Made by a program: the position numbers and the translations under genes. This document shows, piece after piece, positions 53,098-64,000 of a stretch of 64,000 nucleotides of DNA (position 1 is the first letter of the stretch; each line of letters opens with the position of its first letter). The notes under the pieces are model-generated. The model saw nothing but the letters and a program-made list of their open reading frames with translations. It did not search any database and was not told where the DNA came from. Location: the NCBI GenBank assembly GCA_001949185.1, contig BDGG01000005.1:1911249-1975248 (forward strand). Direction: 5' to 3'. Source of the stretch: Ramazzottius varieornatus. Taxonomy: Eukaryota > Animalia > Tardigrada.

Positions 53098-56000
53098 TCA
53101 TTTCTTAGCGTCGACGTATTTGTACATTCTGGCCATGAAGCCGAAAAGCAAAGCAAAAGCCCCAATCAATCCTGCGAAAATGAAAAACTCTGTAGCTTGG
53201 TTTTCTGTCAGCTGGGCTCCAGCGATGATGATGACGATGACGTTCCCGAAAGCTACTGTCATCAACCAGCCAGCTTGCAATACGGATTTCATTGTAACTG
53301 GGGCCTGTGAATAGGCAAAGGACAGACCGCTAACAGAAAAGAGCACTTCGCCGACCGTCAAGACAAAGATTTGCGGGAGCTGCCAAAACATGCTGAGCGA
53401 ACTGGGCGGTACCACGTCGTGGCGCTTCCAGTAGCCCATGCTCTTATTGTTTGCATCGAATGTTTCGCTGTCCATCAAGTGCACAACGTATACTCCACCG
53501 TTAGGAAGTTCCATTCGTTCGTTGCCAATTCGCTGAATGCCGTTCGAGGCATTGGAATTCGGGTACCACACTTCGTACCTAAAAAGAAGAGCATTTTGCG
53601 ATTTCAAACAGAAAAAACAAGACAATTTAGAGTTCAGCAAAGACGCTGCAGCCGTCGCTCATACACCTGCATACAAAGATACTGACACCAAACATAGGAC
53701 AGAAGTATGCCGATGTTGGAACACGGGAAAGATATTGCTTTCCGCAACCAGTCGTTCATGCACCTGCATACAGTGATACCTTAACCCAGGCCACATGTAT
53801 GCAGGGTACTGAAACGCGGGAAAAGTCTTGTTTGTCGGCATTCCGTAATTGGCATGGTGATTTTCTTCCACGAAGAAAATCACCATGCCAAGTTTCATTG
53901 CAAGCAGATAACACATTAAGTCTCAGCACTTACTTTCCGGGTTCAAGAACCTTGGAGCTGTTCATGACAATAGACTTCTCTTCAAAGTACGCCTGAGTCT
54001 TGTCGAAGATGATGTTCTCCATATGTCCCTTCTTGCCGCTTGCCACATCCGGGTTAATCAATGTCATGTTACCACCTGTAATTGATCCACAGTCACAAAG
54101 CTTCACCCGGAAGAGGACAGGCAACTTACCGCCAGAAACTGTGTTGAAGCCGAAAGGCGCAATGAAGATGGCACGGGCTTTTCCTTCCTTTGGCTTAATT
54201 TTCTCTCCTAAATCGACCTGAAAAAATAACCTCACTCGATCTCAGCGTACGATCAAGTCAAGGGCTGATGCACTTGACGCTTACATGTTTGACCGTAATT
54301 TCCCAGTTGTCAATGGCCAAGATGTAAGCGTTGACACTGGTTCCAACCATATCCACACTGAAAGTCTTTCGGAAAAATGTGCTATTTTTCAGAAGCGGGC
54401 AGTCTTTCGCAACAATGTTGATAGGCAGTTTGTTTGGTTCGCCAGGTTTCGCAAGACCTGTGCGGTGCTTCTTCTCGTCATATTCCTGCATCAGGACGTC
54501 AATCAATACGACAAGCCACTACTACTTACCACAAGGTAATTACTATCTATCGAAAAAAGGTAAAATGGTTTAGCTCGTTTTGTACGAGATTTTTCCGAGA
54601 ATCTTGAACAAGTTAGTGCCGGCACGGTCTGTCAACTGTTTTAGTTGAAAATTCAGCCCACAAGCTAAATAACTATTGTATTTTTACTATTGATAGCGTA
54701 GAGAATTTGGGTTCTTACGCCAAAGGCTGGAAGAGTGAACGCAGGATCGACACTCAGATCGTAGTCAGGTTCGTAGTTGACGAGAACCGGGCAGTTAAAT
54801 GTGCTGTAAGTTCGAATTTCCGCGGCGAAGCTAGCCACTGGTGAAGGAATTGTACCCTGTTATGATAAACGCACCATACACCGGAATTTCAGAAATGAAA
54901 ATAGGTCAATCGTCCTTGCAGTGATACTTACGTCTAGTTTGATCTGTACGATGCCGGCAATAACGAAAGCCACTCCAGCCAGGACCATGCCGAGGAACAT
55001 GCGAGCAAGTGCACGGAAGGGAATATTGAATTTGTCCAGCAGCTTGAAAACGACTCCTTCGAAGAAAGGAATGAGAGCTAGGATAAGAATGGGATTGAAG
55101 ATGCCCATCTGGTCGGGCTTCCAGGTGAACGTGTCGGTAATGCGACCGTCCATCTTGGTGGCTTGAAGTGTCCATCGCGAACCCTGTGGAAGAGAAAGCC
55201 CATGGTTCAGCCCAGTTCTTGATTCGCTGCTGTATTACAGTACCAGAAAAAAGCAAACGGAGGAAATTTACCTGTTGATCGAACAAAGCCCAGAACATAG
55301 GTAGAGGAAGGAAGAGTTTGAGGACAGGCAAGAGCTGCTTGACGTCGTCGAGGAACTCGCGCTAGAGAGTACAATGAACAGTGCGCTGAATGCTCCATCA
55401 TATACTGTACGTAAGGTTACATAAAGCGGAAATAAAAGGGCTGACAGCACGTACTGGGTAATGGTCTTCGGCGTAGTCTAGCCAGTGGTCGTGATGGGTT
55501 GTCTTGCGCGTCGCGATCTTGTTTCGGATAGCGCACTAAAAAGCAGAACTCAGTTTACCGGGCTGGGCAATTCCGATCTTGAAGGGGAATTTTATACCCA
55601 ACAGCAGCCGAAGACGCGGGCAATGATGTTCTGTTTGGCGGGAATGTTTCGATAGAAAGGTTTTCCGGCAACGAAAGCCACTAAAAGGAAAAATGCAGGC
55701 AAGTGCTGAGTTTAGACAGCCCAGCGCATCAAAGTGAAACTACATTACTCACGGACTGCAATGGCGAGAAGGCCAGCGGGAAGACCGAATGCCTGAAATA
55801 ACGGTAGAGGTTAAATGAATTCGTTAAATGGAGAATATCATTTGAGAAGTGAGGCTCATGGTTTCATAGTGTACCAAAGGATAGCATCCTTCGTCTCCAA
55901 AGCAGGGAACTTCACTGCGAAGAATGGGCGTGACGAAAGTGGAGATCAGACTTCCAGAGTTGATAGCAAAGTAGAAGATGGAAAAGAACTGCTCTCGTTG

Positions 56001-57011
56001 TTTTTCCTGTCGAAACAATTTGGGGAAAGTCAATTTGGCGTACCAGCTAAGTATGTTCTGAAGGCCTTCGTCGGGACGTACCTGGCCTTCTCGAAACTGA
56101 TCGCCGCCATATGCCGGTACGACAGGCTTGATACCACCAGTTCCAAACCCAATCAACATCAGACCGCAAGCAGTTCCGGCCCTGCAAGCATCACCTTTGG
56201 TCACCTCCAATTCACTTAGCTCCAGGCATGCATATTGAAACAAGCGATCATGACAACTTAAGTGGAGAATACTTACACAACGTTCAGGCCCAAAGGTGGA
56301 GTGGCTGATAAGGTCAGCAGCACGAGACCGCTCACGTAGACCAGCGATAAGCAGAAGATCGTGCTAAAAAGAAACTGGGTTCAGTTCTCAAAACTGCGCT
56401 CCTCGAAGTGGCAACTTTACAAGTTAAAAATTAAGCTCTACAACCAACGTACTTGAACTTTCCGAGGAATCCATCAGCCAACATAGCCCCAAAGACGGGT
56501 GTGAAATAGCACAGAACAGAAAAAAGATGGTAGACTAGAGTCGTCGTTCCTTCGGACCACAAGAGTACTTCCAGAAAATACAGTGTCAAGACCGCTGCAA
56601 ACAAAATCGGACGCCATGAAAATAAAGAATTAACATCAGTCTCGATGAGCCCGGGAATAACGTACTTTTCATCCCATAGTACGAGAAACGCTCGCAAAAC
56701 TCGTTTCCCAGGATAAAGACAATATACCAGGGATATCCATACTTCTTCTGCAAATTGGAAAAAGTTCTTTATCTAACCAGAGAGAGCAAAATATTCGCAC
56801 GTGCCGTTGGAAGTTCCGGGTCCACGAATTCGATGGTTTCAAGTCCACCCTTCCCGGTCTTCCCGTTGACGCTTCCGTCTTGTGTGGTTCCATGCCCGAC
56901 AGGTCCATGTTCTGTGTGATCAAGAGCTCTATCATCAACCAATTTCGTAGGATTAGTACGCCTAACGTCCGGCTTTGTATTTTTCTCATTTTCCGAAGAC
57001 GATATCGGCAT
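53098..57011 (-). CDS. SLC15/PepT oligopeptide transporter, copy 2 (a further 5' exon may lie at 57301-57504)
   Basis: [89 protein letters not shown]. Confidence 0.92.
53664..53807. repeat. Two adjacent palindrome family B copies (53664-53715, 53761-53807), SLC15 intron
   Basis: CACCTGCATACA-N28-AGTATGCCGATG and CACCTGCATACA-N23-TGTATGCAGGGT. Confidence 0.75.
53849..53891. repeat. Perfect 20-bp inverted repeat with 3-nt loop
   Basis: TTGGCATGGTGATTTTCTTC-CAC-GAAGAAAATCACCATGCCAA in an SLC15 intron. Confidence 0.9.
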
Positions 57012-59147
57012 AATCCTCTCACATTACAGCTTTGTATATGCTATGTAGTAGTTCAATTCCAATAGCCGTTGCAACGGATAGTATGACAACGAGAATGAGC
57101 AGCTGAGCCTTTTCCATTTTCTCTCGCAGATTATACCTCAGCTAATGCCGAGGCTTCCGCGGACTTCACATGCAACAGTCCCTTCTGTTAGTCTCAGTCA
57201 AAACGACCAACGGTCCACTTGATAATTTAGGACCATTATTGCTATGGAGAAACCAATACAAAAAGTGCGCGTTACTCGACAGTCACCTGCAAAACTGGAC
57301 TTACCGATTGCCGAGGCTTCCTTGCCCATCACAGTCTCCACTTCGGGATCCGGATGACCCATATTGGCGGTGGTAGTCCTTGAGAGGAGGAAGCTCTTCC
57401 GCGTAACAAGAGCCGTAGCAAAGACTGCGCCGTGGGCTGCAGCGAAAGTTTCGTGATTTGCTTCCCTCTGTCCATATCTGGTCTTCAGCTAGCTGCTTGT
57501 CCAATCTGTGAACTGAACAATAAAAAAGGCGATATCTCTTTTATTTAGGAAACAATTATTTATCAGCACTTCAAGATGACCATGGCCAACTATGCTATCA
57601 TGCACAGGTTCAAAATATAACGGGGCGCGTTCTCGAGATAACAAGTCGTATGTTATGGCTGATTAGGGTGCCATCTGGTAAGTTACCAGTGGTACCAGTT
57701 TGTAGCCTTAAGCGTGTACCATATTGTTTATCTGTACGAGTACTGTAGTAGTACTTATGACCGGACGCAACAATGCCCTCTTGCCCAAAAATGTCAGGCT
57801 TATCGTGTCGCACTTTACCTTAGTACGGCAGCCCGTAAACTTGTCATCCGTCGTGCTCCGGAGCTCTTCCCTTCCGGCGCAGACCACCCTTCCATGAAGC
57901 AAGGTCCCAGTGTTGACAGTTGTGTCTGCCACATACAATATATGCCACGAAGTTCGCCAGCTCGCCGAACAATCCAGAAGATGTCGCGTAATTCGTACAG
58001 TGTGCGTTTCCGGTTGAGGAACTGTAGCCTGCAGTCCTTTCGGTATCAGCATAAGCTGCCTGTATGATCAGCAGAAATACACACAGATAATCTGCAATGT
58101 GAACGTAGCATACAGTACCTGAATTCCGTAACTGCACATTCGAACAAGCCTGACCGTATCTCCTTCAGGGCGATGCGGCTGAAGCATATTTGATGTTCCG
58201 CCGAATCCCCGTTCAACTTGCACCTTCATCGTGCAGTGCACATAGATCCAACACATCGAGCCTCGCGTAAATGTTTCTGTCATAATCAAGAGTCGCCAAG
58301 CGTCATGTGAAGACGATACTTTTTCCTTGCATAAACTTTTCCAAGTCCAAAACCAAAACAAAGACGAGTGCGTGAAGATGTGGTTTCTTGCACCTGGAAA
58401 CATCACTTGAGCAATCAAACCTAATCAACGGCCTCATAGGAGTGCGCCTGTATGTACGTGGGTCTCGCAAAACGTGCTAAAACTACGGCCTAGACATTTG
58501 GTTGGTCGGCAACTCTCTGCCTCAGTCTTTCGAAGGGAGTGTTGGCCACGCCTCTCATTGTAGCGCCATTCTTTACGCCTTTCCAAAACAGCTGATTAAC
58601 ACCATTTTCTCGAATGTTAATCGAGCAGGAAAATTCTTCCTCTTCCCGACATACTCAAACGTCGCTCACTAATGCTGCCGAACTAGACGGCTCTCAAGTT
58701 TCACAGTCCTGTATCCTGCTGGAAAAACTGCAGGATGCTCAATAAATTCTCTAGCTGGACTACACTCACAGCTGCTGCTTCCCCCTGGAACGACGAGGAG
58801 GATCGTCATATCGTCGACGGCGTCTGTCTAAGCTGCTGCTCGCTGACTGCATGAAGTGTTATTGCGCGCTTACAGTGAGTGGGCTTTACTGCCAGCTGGC
58901 AGAACATTATAACTTAGCTCAACGGCAGATACAATTCACAGTTTGTCGCAGTAGCTGATATGCCTTGCAGCAGAGCCCGCGAACATGTCAGCCTAGCTCG
59001 ACTTTGCTCCAAGAAGATTACGGGCTGTTTTAAAGCTGTAATGCTCTCTCTTCGTTTTGCAGCTCAGTCGGATTACTCCATCACCGTGATCGGCTGTGAG
59101 CCCTGGCAGGCTTGACTACCGTGCACACATCTTTCTCTTGACGGACC

Positions 59148-62100
59148 ATGTCCATGGACTTGAACAATAACGACTCGGCGCCGGATCTGAGGTCGGATCG
59201 ACAGCGCAATGGAGCAGATCCCCGAGGTAATAGTAGACAAGAGACCGGCAAACAATGTCGGGACAATCGTTCAAGTGACGTTTCCAGACAGTAACGAAGG
59301 AAATTGCGCCACTTGGAGATCATGATCACCTTAAAATTATTTGCCGGCCTTCCAAATGCATCCGGCGATTCATTCATGTCCAGCATGGAATGTGTTTTTG
59401 CGCTAATGTAGAAGGTGGAGAAGGACATCTTGGCCGACGCGGAGCATTCCGACAGAAGAATGTCCATGTCGTTCGCGGGCATAAATTCATCGCACGATTC
59501 TTCAAGCAACCAACATTCTGTAGTCATTGCAAGGATTTCATCTGGTAAGCCAAATTTTCTCTGATGTCTACCGATATTTGAGCTGAAAGTGAGATACTTT
59601 CGGAAGGGTTAGAATTATGTAAATAAACAGCGCAGCTTAATCGAAGCAAACTTTTCTTTAATGTGTGGATTATTGACATAACGTGGATGGAGTTTCCGTG
59701 TTTTCTTTCACACAGAACATCTTTCCATTCACTCATTGTCTTCTTGTTCTTATTTTCTTATAGGGGATTCGGCAAGCAAGGATTTCAATGTCAAGGTGAG
59801 TAAACCGTCATGACTGGGAAGCTTCCGGGTAGAAAAGAGGATCGATCAAACGTTCTATTGAAAATTTGAAGTCTTTTCACTCAAGTTAATTTCTGATTCT
59901 TCGGTCGAGCGTAAGCCGGAGTCGTGACGACAATACTCGGTCGAGCGTAACAAATATCCACGCCAACAATGCCGGTGGTGATAACTAAGTAGCTAGTGGG
60001 TTCTAATGATAGAGTTCAGATAGTATTGTGGAGAGAGCCGCCGGAAACTGAAAACTGGTCTAGATTTCGATTCTTGAATAAACAGCAAAAATCACACAGA
60101 CAGACGTCGTGAAGCGCATGACTGATGTTGCTGACAGCTATCGTAGTTTCGCAAAACGATGATGTTTCTGGCTATCTTTTTGTGTCGGATGCATTAATTA
60201 CGATACGAGGTAAAACTAGCGGACTTGTCCATGTAAAATCGCATGGTGAAGTTGTCCACCCTGAAAAGTTGGCACATGTACATAGCTTGATTGATTAGAA
60301 TCAGCTGATTTTTCAAAAACAGGCTTTTTAACATTGCGTCGACCGTCCCTCTCCTTAGCGGATGTCTCTCAACAAATCCGCTCTTCTTCCGGGTCTACGA
60401 TGTTCGACAAATAGATAGGGGGTTTTTTCCTATCGAATTAACCAAAAAGTAACAAGATCTGATCAGCCGATGAGCAGATCTAGGGTGGACAAGTACCCCA
60501 TGCGATTTTACATGGACAAGTCCGCTAGTTTTACCTCGTAGTGATCGCTCCGTGACGGCAAAATATGATCACCAAGGTTCCTTTTGTCCGCTCGAGAAAC
60601 TTTCCTGACAAATACAGGTTTCTGCGAGAATGATATACCAAAATACGGAAGAATTTCTCAGAAACTTGAAAGCGTTTCCGAAAAGTGGAACCGGAAGGAG
60701 GGTTTCCAAGAGTTTGATTTAGCATTGGGGTGGACATTGTTTTCTACAAATGTTTTTCAGAAATAAGGCTCGGCTAGAGGCTCTTCGTTTCTGCAGGTTA
60801 GTTATCCGCGCACGTGTTATCTTTTTTTTCAAAACAGGGGAAAAATCAAGAGGGGACATGACTGGAATAGAAAGATCATGTTCCACGCATGTGGGAGTAA
60901 TCATGTCAGTCTCGGGCTCGCGGATAGTAAAACCCACCCATTCTTTAGCGATTGCAGCTAATTCAGTTTTCAACATGGCTCTTCAATTTTTAGAAGGGCA
61001 AACTTTTTCACAATAGTAGATGTTGATCAGGACTATCAATGATGTATTCTCTCTGAGGATATGGGGTGATGATGTGGCGATAATATCCGGCCAGAGTCAT
61101 CGTTGACGTTTGGCCTCTTGGTGATGAAAATGGGTCCTCGGTGAGATGGATATTTGTCTGCACTTAGACTAGCTAGCAGGTGTCTCATATGGATGTGTAT
61201 GCATCCATCCGTTGAATACCTCGCGTACTTCCTGAGGGAATCTTCTTTTTTGCCGGAAAGAAAGAGCCAGTTCCCTTTGGTATCCTTTTGACACAAAGGG
61301 CGGTAGATCAACGCTGGATCGTCACAGTGTACCATGTTATAACGACCCGCCATAGGAATCATACAGCTTGCACTAGCAGTTCAATATTGATCGGGACACA
61401 GGCTACACGGGGAAACAACAACGGAGCCAGGCTCGTCGTCGCGCGATTATCATTCCCCGTCAAGACTCATAACGACGCTCCACTACTATGTAATCAAATT
61501 TCCAACTGAGCTAGTTTCCCATTTAGATCTATCCTTTCTTCCCCGAAGAGTGGGTGTAATCTATAGAGGACGGACATTAGAGATCCAAACATAAATTATT
61601 TACACGTGAGACCGGTGAAAAGTCCATGAGAGTTCCTTCCTCATCACTCAACGAGATTACTGTATTCCCGCGAAAGTTTTACGTAGTCACATGACAGGCC
61701 CATACATTAGGCCCCGGGTGATCATGGTCCAATCAGCAGCCCACGAGGATTATTTATAGGCCTGTCATGTGACTGCGCAAAACTTTCGCGGGAATACAGT
61801 ACGCGTTGAGGTTCGACACATAATTTTCGGGAAAATTTCTAGGTTATCCAAATTGCAGGCAAACAAATTCGACGGGGTCGTTTTTCCAAGTAGGGTACAC
61901 TCTTACCCAATAATAATGCAAACGTTCGCCACTTGGAAAAACAGTCTGGTCGAGTTTGCCTGATGCTTTCTGAAGTTTCAGAATATTAGGAAACCAAGTG
62001 CAGACTTAATCTCGGAATAAAAGTTGCTGTAATAATAGAACGGAAGATTTATGTTAAAATGGATTGGAAATTTATGGGGTGGAAGACACGAGCTGTTGTT

Positions 62101-63597
62101 GGTTCGGGAGTCGATATGGGGCATTTCTTGGAATTTGGACTAATGGCTAATTTGTTGTTTTTGCTTTTGCAGTCTGTTCCTTCGTGGTGCACAAACGATG
62201 CCATGAGTTCGTCACATTCGTTTGTCCCGGCGCCGACAAAGGACCGGACTCCGACGTAAGTCCGTAAATTTTGGGAAATTTGATATCCTTTGTGGTGCAA
62301 TGGAGCGAGCGTGACCATGGCTCATGGGTTAGCCGACAAGGAATTCGCAGCAAATTGGGCGTTCGCGTGCCGAACGGTTAGGACATTTAACGCGAAGTAG
62401 GCAGTTTAGACTTAGCACGACATGTCAGAACCATTGGTCCTCGAACTCGTGATGCGTTCACGTTTGAGGACCATAATGCAGACGTTGACATCGGTCTTTG
62501 AGATCTCGGTGCAAGCAACCATCTTTCACAGGCAATCGAGAACCAAGTGGAACGGAAGAAAAGCCATCGCAGAAATCAAATCAGAGGCTTTGAAAGTTTC
62601 CTGCGTGATCTAGCGAGTCGACAACCTTATTTGATACGGTCGAGTAGAAATCGAGGCTCTGTGACTATTATACAGCGCTGCTGACTGACAGTGAGGAAAC
62701 TTGGTTTCTATAATTATTGAAGTATTATTAAATTCCATTTCAAAGTTATTGCAGTCTGGCTGTTCACGCGCCGGACGCTGCAGAGCTGGAATACAGGAAG
62801 TGGAGTGAACTTGATGCGAATACAGTTCGTGAACCATAAACAGGATCGTTAAAATTATATGAGAAGTTTGTGCAAAAAGTTGGAAACATTGGCGTGCAGT
62901 TGGCGAGCTCGTTTAATCAATAACGATGTTGTTACGATGGAGGAGAGGGACTTAGAGGATGCGAGGCTCGCAGAGAAAGGGAACTGGCAATGATAAAAAT
63001 TAACATCGACACTTTTTACTAGCTATTAGCCGTGCCGTCGAATGCATTACGATGGCAGCATCAGGAATACCGGCCCAATGGGAATTGACCGCCCCCATTA
63101 CGAGCGAAACAGCCTGATGAAAACGAGCTTAGCTGACAAGGCTTTTCTACAATCTTCCGTTTGAGGTAACGAATCCGAGGACCTCACGTTACCACCTAAG
63201 AGAACTTCGCATCCAAAACCAGAAGGCTTTCAAATAAACGGCAGCGTCTGCCGTGCGAGTACCTACATACACATCCATCATTATGGTTTCTGGGTTCGTT
63301 GTATGTAGGTTTATGAACGATCAGGGGATTTTGTGAACTGGCCTCCCGCTTTAGCAAAATACATCTGGAAATTGATAAGATGATCGTAGGGAGTCATACA
63401 GACAGGGAACAAACAAGAAAGAGGTCCTGAAAGGAAATGTATCGATTTTTAAATGTCTGGAATAATATTGGTTTGATCTTTGCAGTATCCTCGTGCCAAA
63501 CATAAGTTTCGGATCTACACCTACTCCAGCCCGACGTTCTGCGACCATTGTGGATCTCTCCTCTACGGACTGATTCATCAAGGAATGAAATGTGAAG
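59148..63597 (+). CDS. Conventional protein kinase C, 5' exons only (gene continues beyond window)
   Basis: Manually spliced exons 59148-59226, 59412-59544, 59764-59795, 62173-62255 and 63486-63597 give the pseudosubstrate [11 protein letters not shown]1A ([50 protein letters not shown]) and C1B ([32 protein letters not shown]). Not captured by the ORF track. Confidence 0.93.
59245..59347. repeat. Palindrome family A copy with internal deletion (core 59272-59315), PKC intron 1
   Basis: CCGGCAAAC..CAAGTGACG..TTGCGCCACTTG..TTTGCCGG. Confidence 0.65.
60206..60538. mobile_element. Tc1/mariner-type MITE in PKC intron
   Basis: Perfect ~41-bp TIR CGAGGTAAAACTAGCGGACTTGTCCATGTAAAATCGCATGG, extending imperfectly to ~57 bp; TA on both sides (60204-5, 60539-40). 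Confidence 0.88.
61660..61799. mobile_element. TA-flanked palindromic MITE (CTGTATTCCCGCGAAAGTTTT family)
   Basis: ~42-bp near-perfect inverted arms with TA flanks; a second copy lies at 63628-63717. Confidence 0.85.
61857..61962. repeat. Palindrome family A copy (core 61887-61935), PKC intron
   Basis: AGGCAAACAAATTCGAC..CAAGTAGGGTAC-N25-GTTCGCCACTTG..GTCGAGTTTGCCT. Confidence 0.75.
63260..63311. repeat. Palindrome family B copy, PKC intron
   Basis: TACCTACATACA-N28-TGTATGTAGGTT. Confidence 0.8.
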
Positions 63598-63627
63598 GTG
63601 AGTCTATCTATAATTACCTGTGATGCA

Positions 63628-63717
63628 CTGTATTCCCGCGAAAGTTTTGCGCANNNNNNNNNNNNNNNNNNNNNNNNNNNNNNNNNNNNNNNNNNNNNNN
63701 NNNTCGCGGGAATACAG
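63628..63717. mobile_element. Second copy of the CTGTATTCCCGCG MITE, centre replaced by an assembly gap
   Basis: Same termini as 61660-61799; N run at 63654-63703. Confidence 0.8.
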
Positions 63718-64000
63718 TATTTAGCATTGTCTGCTGTTGTTAGCCGGGCTCAAGAGGAAATCAAAAGTGAAGGGTCAGTATTTTCGTAATCTGAAGAGAA
63801 GTAATCTAACGATAATTCTATGCGATTCGAAGAGAAACGATACGAGGTAAACGACATAAGCATATCGATTTTCGCACCATAATTCGGGCAACGCAAAACG
63901 TTTGAACATTATCGTCAATGCTTGTTTAATCTCTCATCGTACGCCTGTTGATACAACATTAGGCTTTTTAACACTGGACAGACCCACCTCCCTCCCAGGC

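Noticed and set aside
1679-56219. Numerous ORF-track entries antisense to or overlapping the called genes
   Set aside because: Shadow frames of real exons; no independent motifs.
57610-58418. Overlapping 100-117 aa ORFs between SLC15 and PKC
   Set aside because: No domain similarity I can support; consistent with chance ORFs.
59901-59950. 14-bp direct repeat TCGGTCGAGCGTAA x2
   Set aside because: Only two copies and no associated element identified.
10059-63311. Repeat-spacer-repeat units as a CRISPR-like array
   Set aside because: The units are inverted pairs dispersed singly in introns rather than tandem direct repeats; the context is eukaryotic and no cas genes are present.
63592-63789. 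ORF containing an X run
   Set aside because: Artefact of reading through the N gap inside a MITE in a PKC intron.

Overview
Gene-dense eukaryotic (animal) genomic window with many GT-AG introns of about 50-65 bp. This is consistent with a compact invertebrate genome such as a tardigrade, but the taxon is my inference only. Spliced protein-coding genes recognised from peptide motifs, in order: senataxin/Upf1-like SF1 helicase (-), FAM91A1 (+), KSR-like pseudokinase (-), SHPRH (-), SAS10/UTP3 (+), FTCD (+), moesin/ERM (-), LEM-domain membrane protein (+), arginase (-), HMMR/RHAMM (-), SLC22 transporter (-), two tandem SLC15/PepT paralogues (-) flanking an NNMT/PNMT/INMT-family methyltransferase (-), and the 5' exons of a conventional protein kinase C (+). 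Mobile DNA includes a decayed R2/NeSL-like non-LTR retrotransposon (zinc fingers, RT, restriction-like endonuclease) outside rDNA with structured flanks, plus several TIR elements/MITEs. The most striking unexplained pattern is two dispersed, almost entirely intronic palindrome families with conserved 12-bp arms and near-fixed-length but sequence-divergent spacers: CAAGTGGCGCAC-N25-GTGCGCCACTTG (16 two-armed copies) and CACCTGCATACA-N28-TGTATGCAGGTG (9 copies). Gene spans include introns; all coordinates and counts were read by eye.
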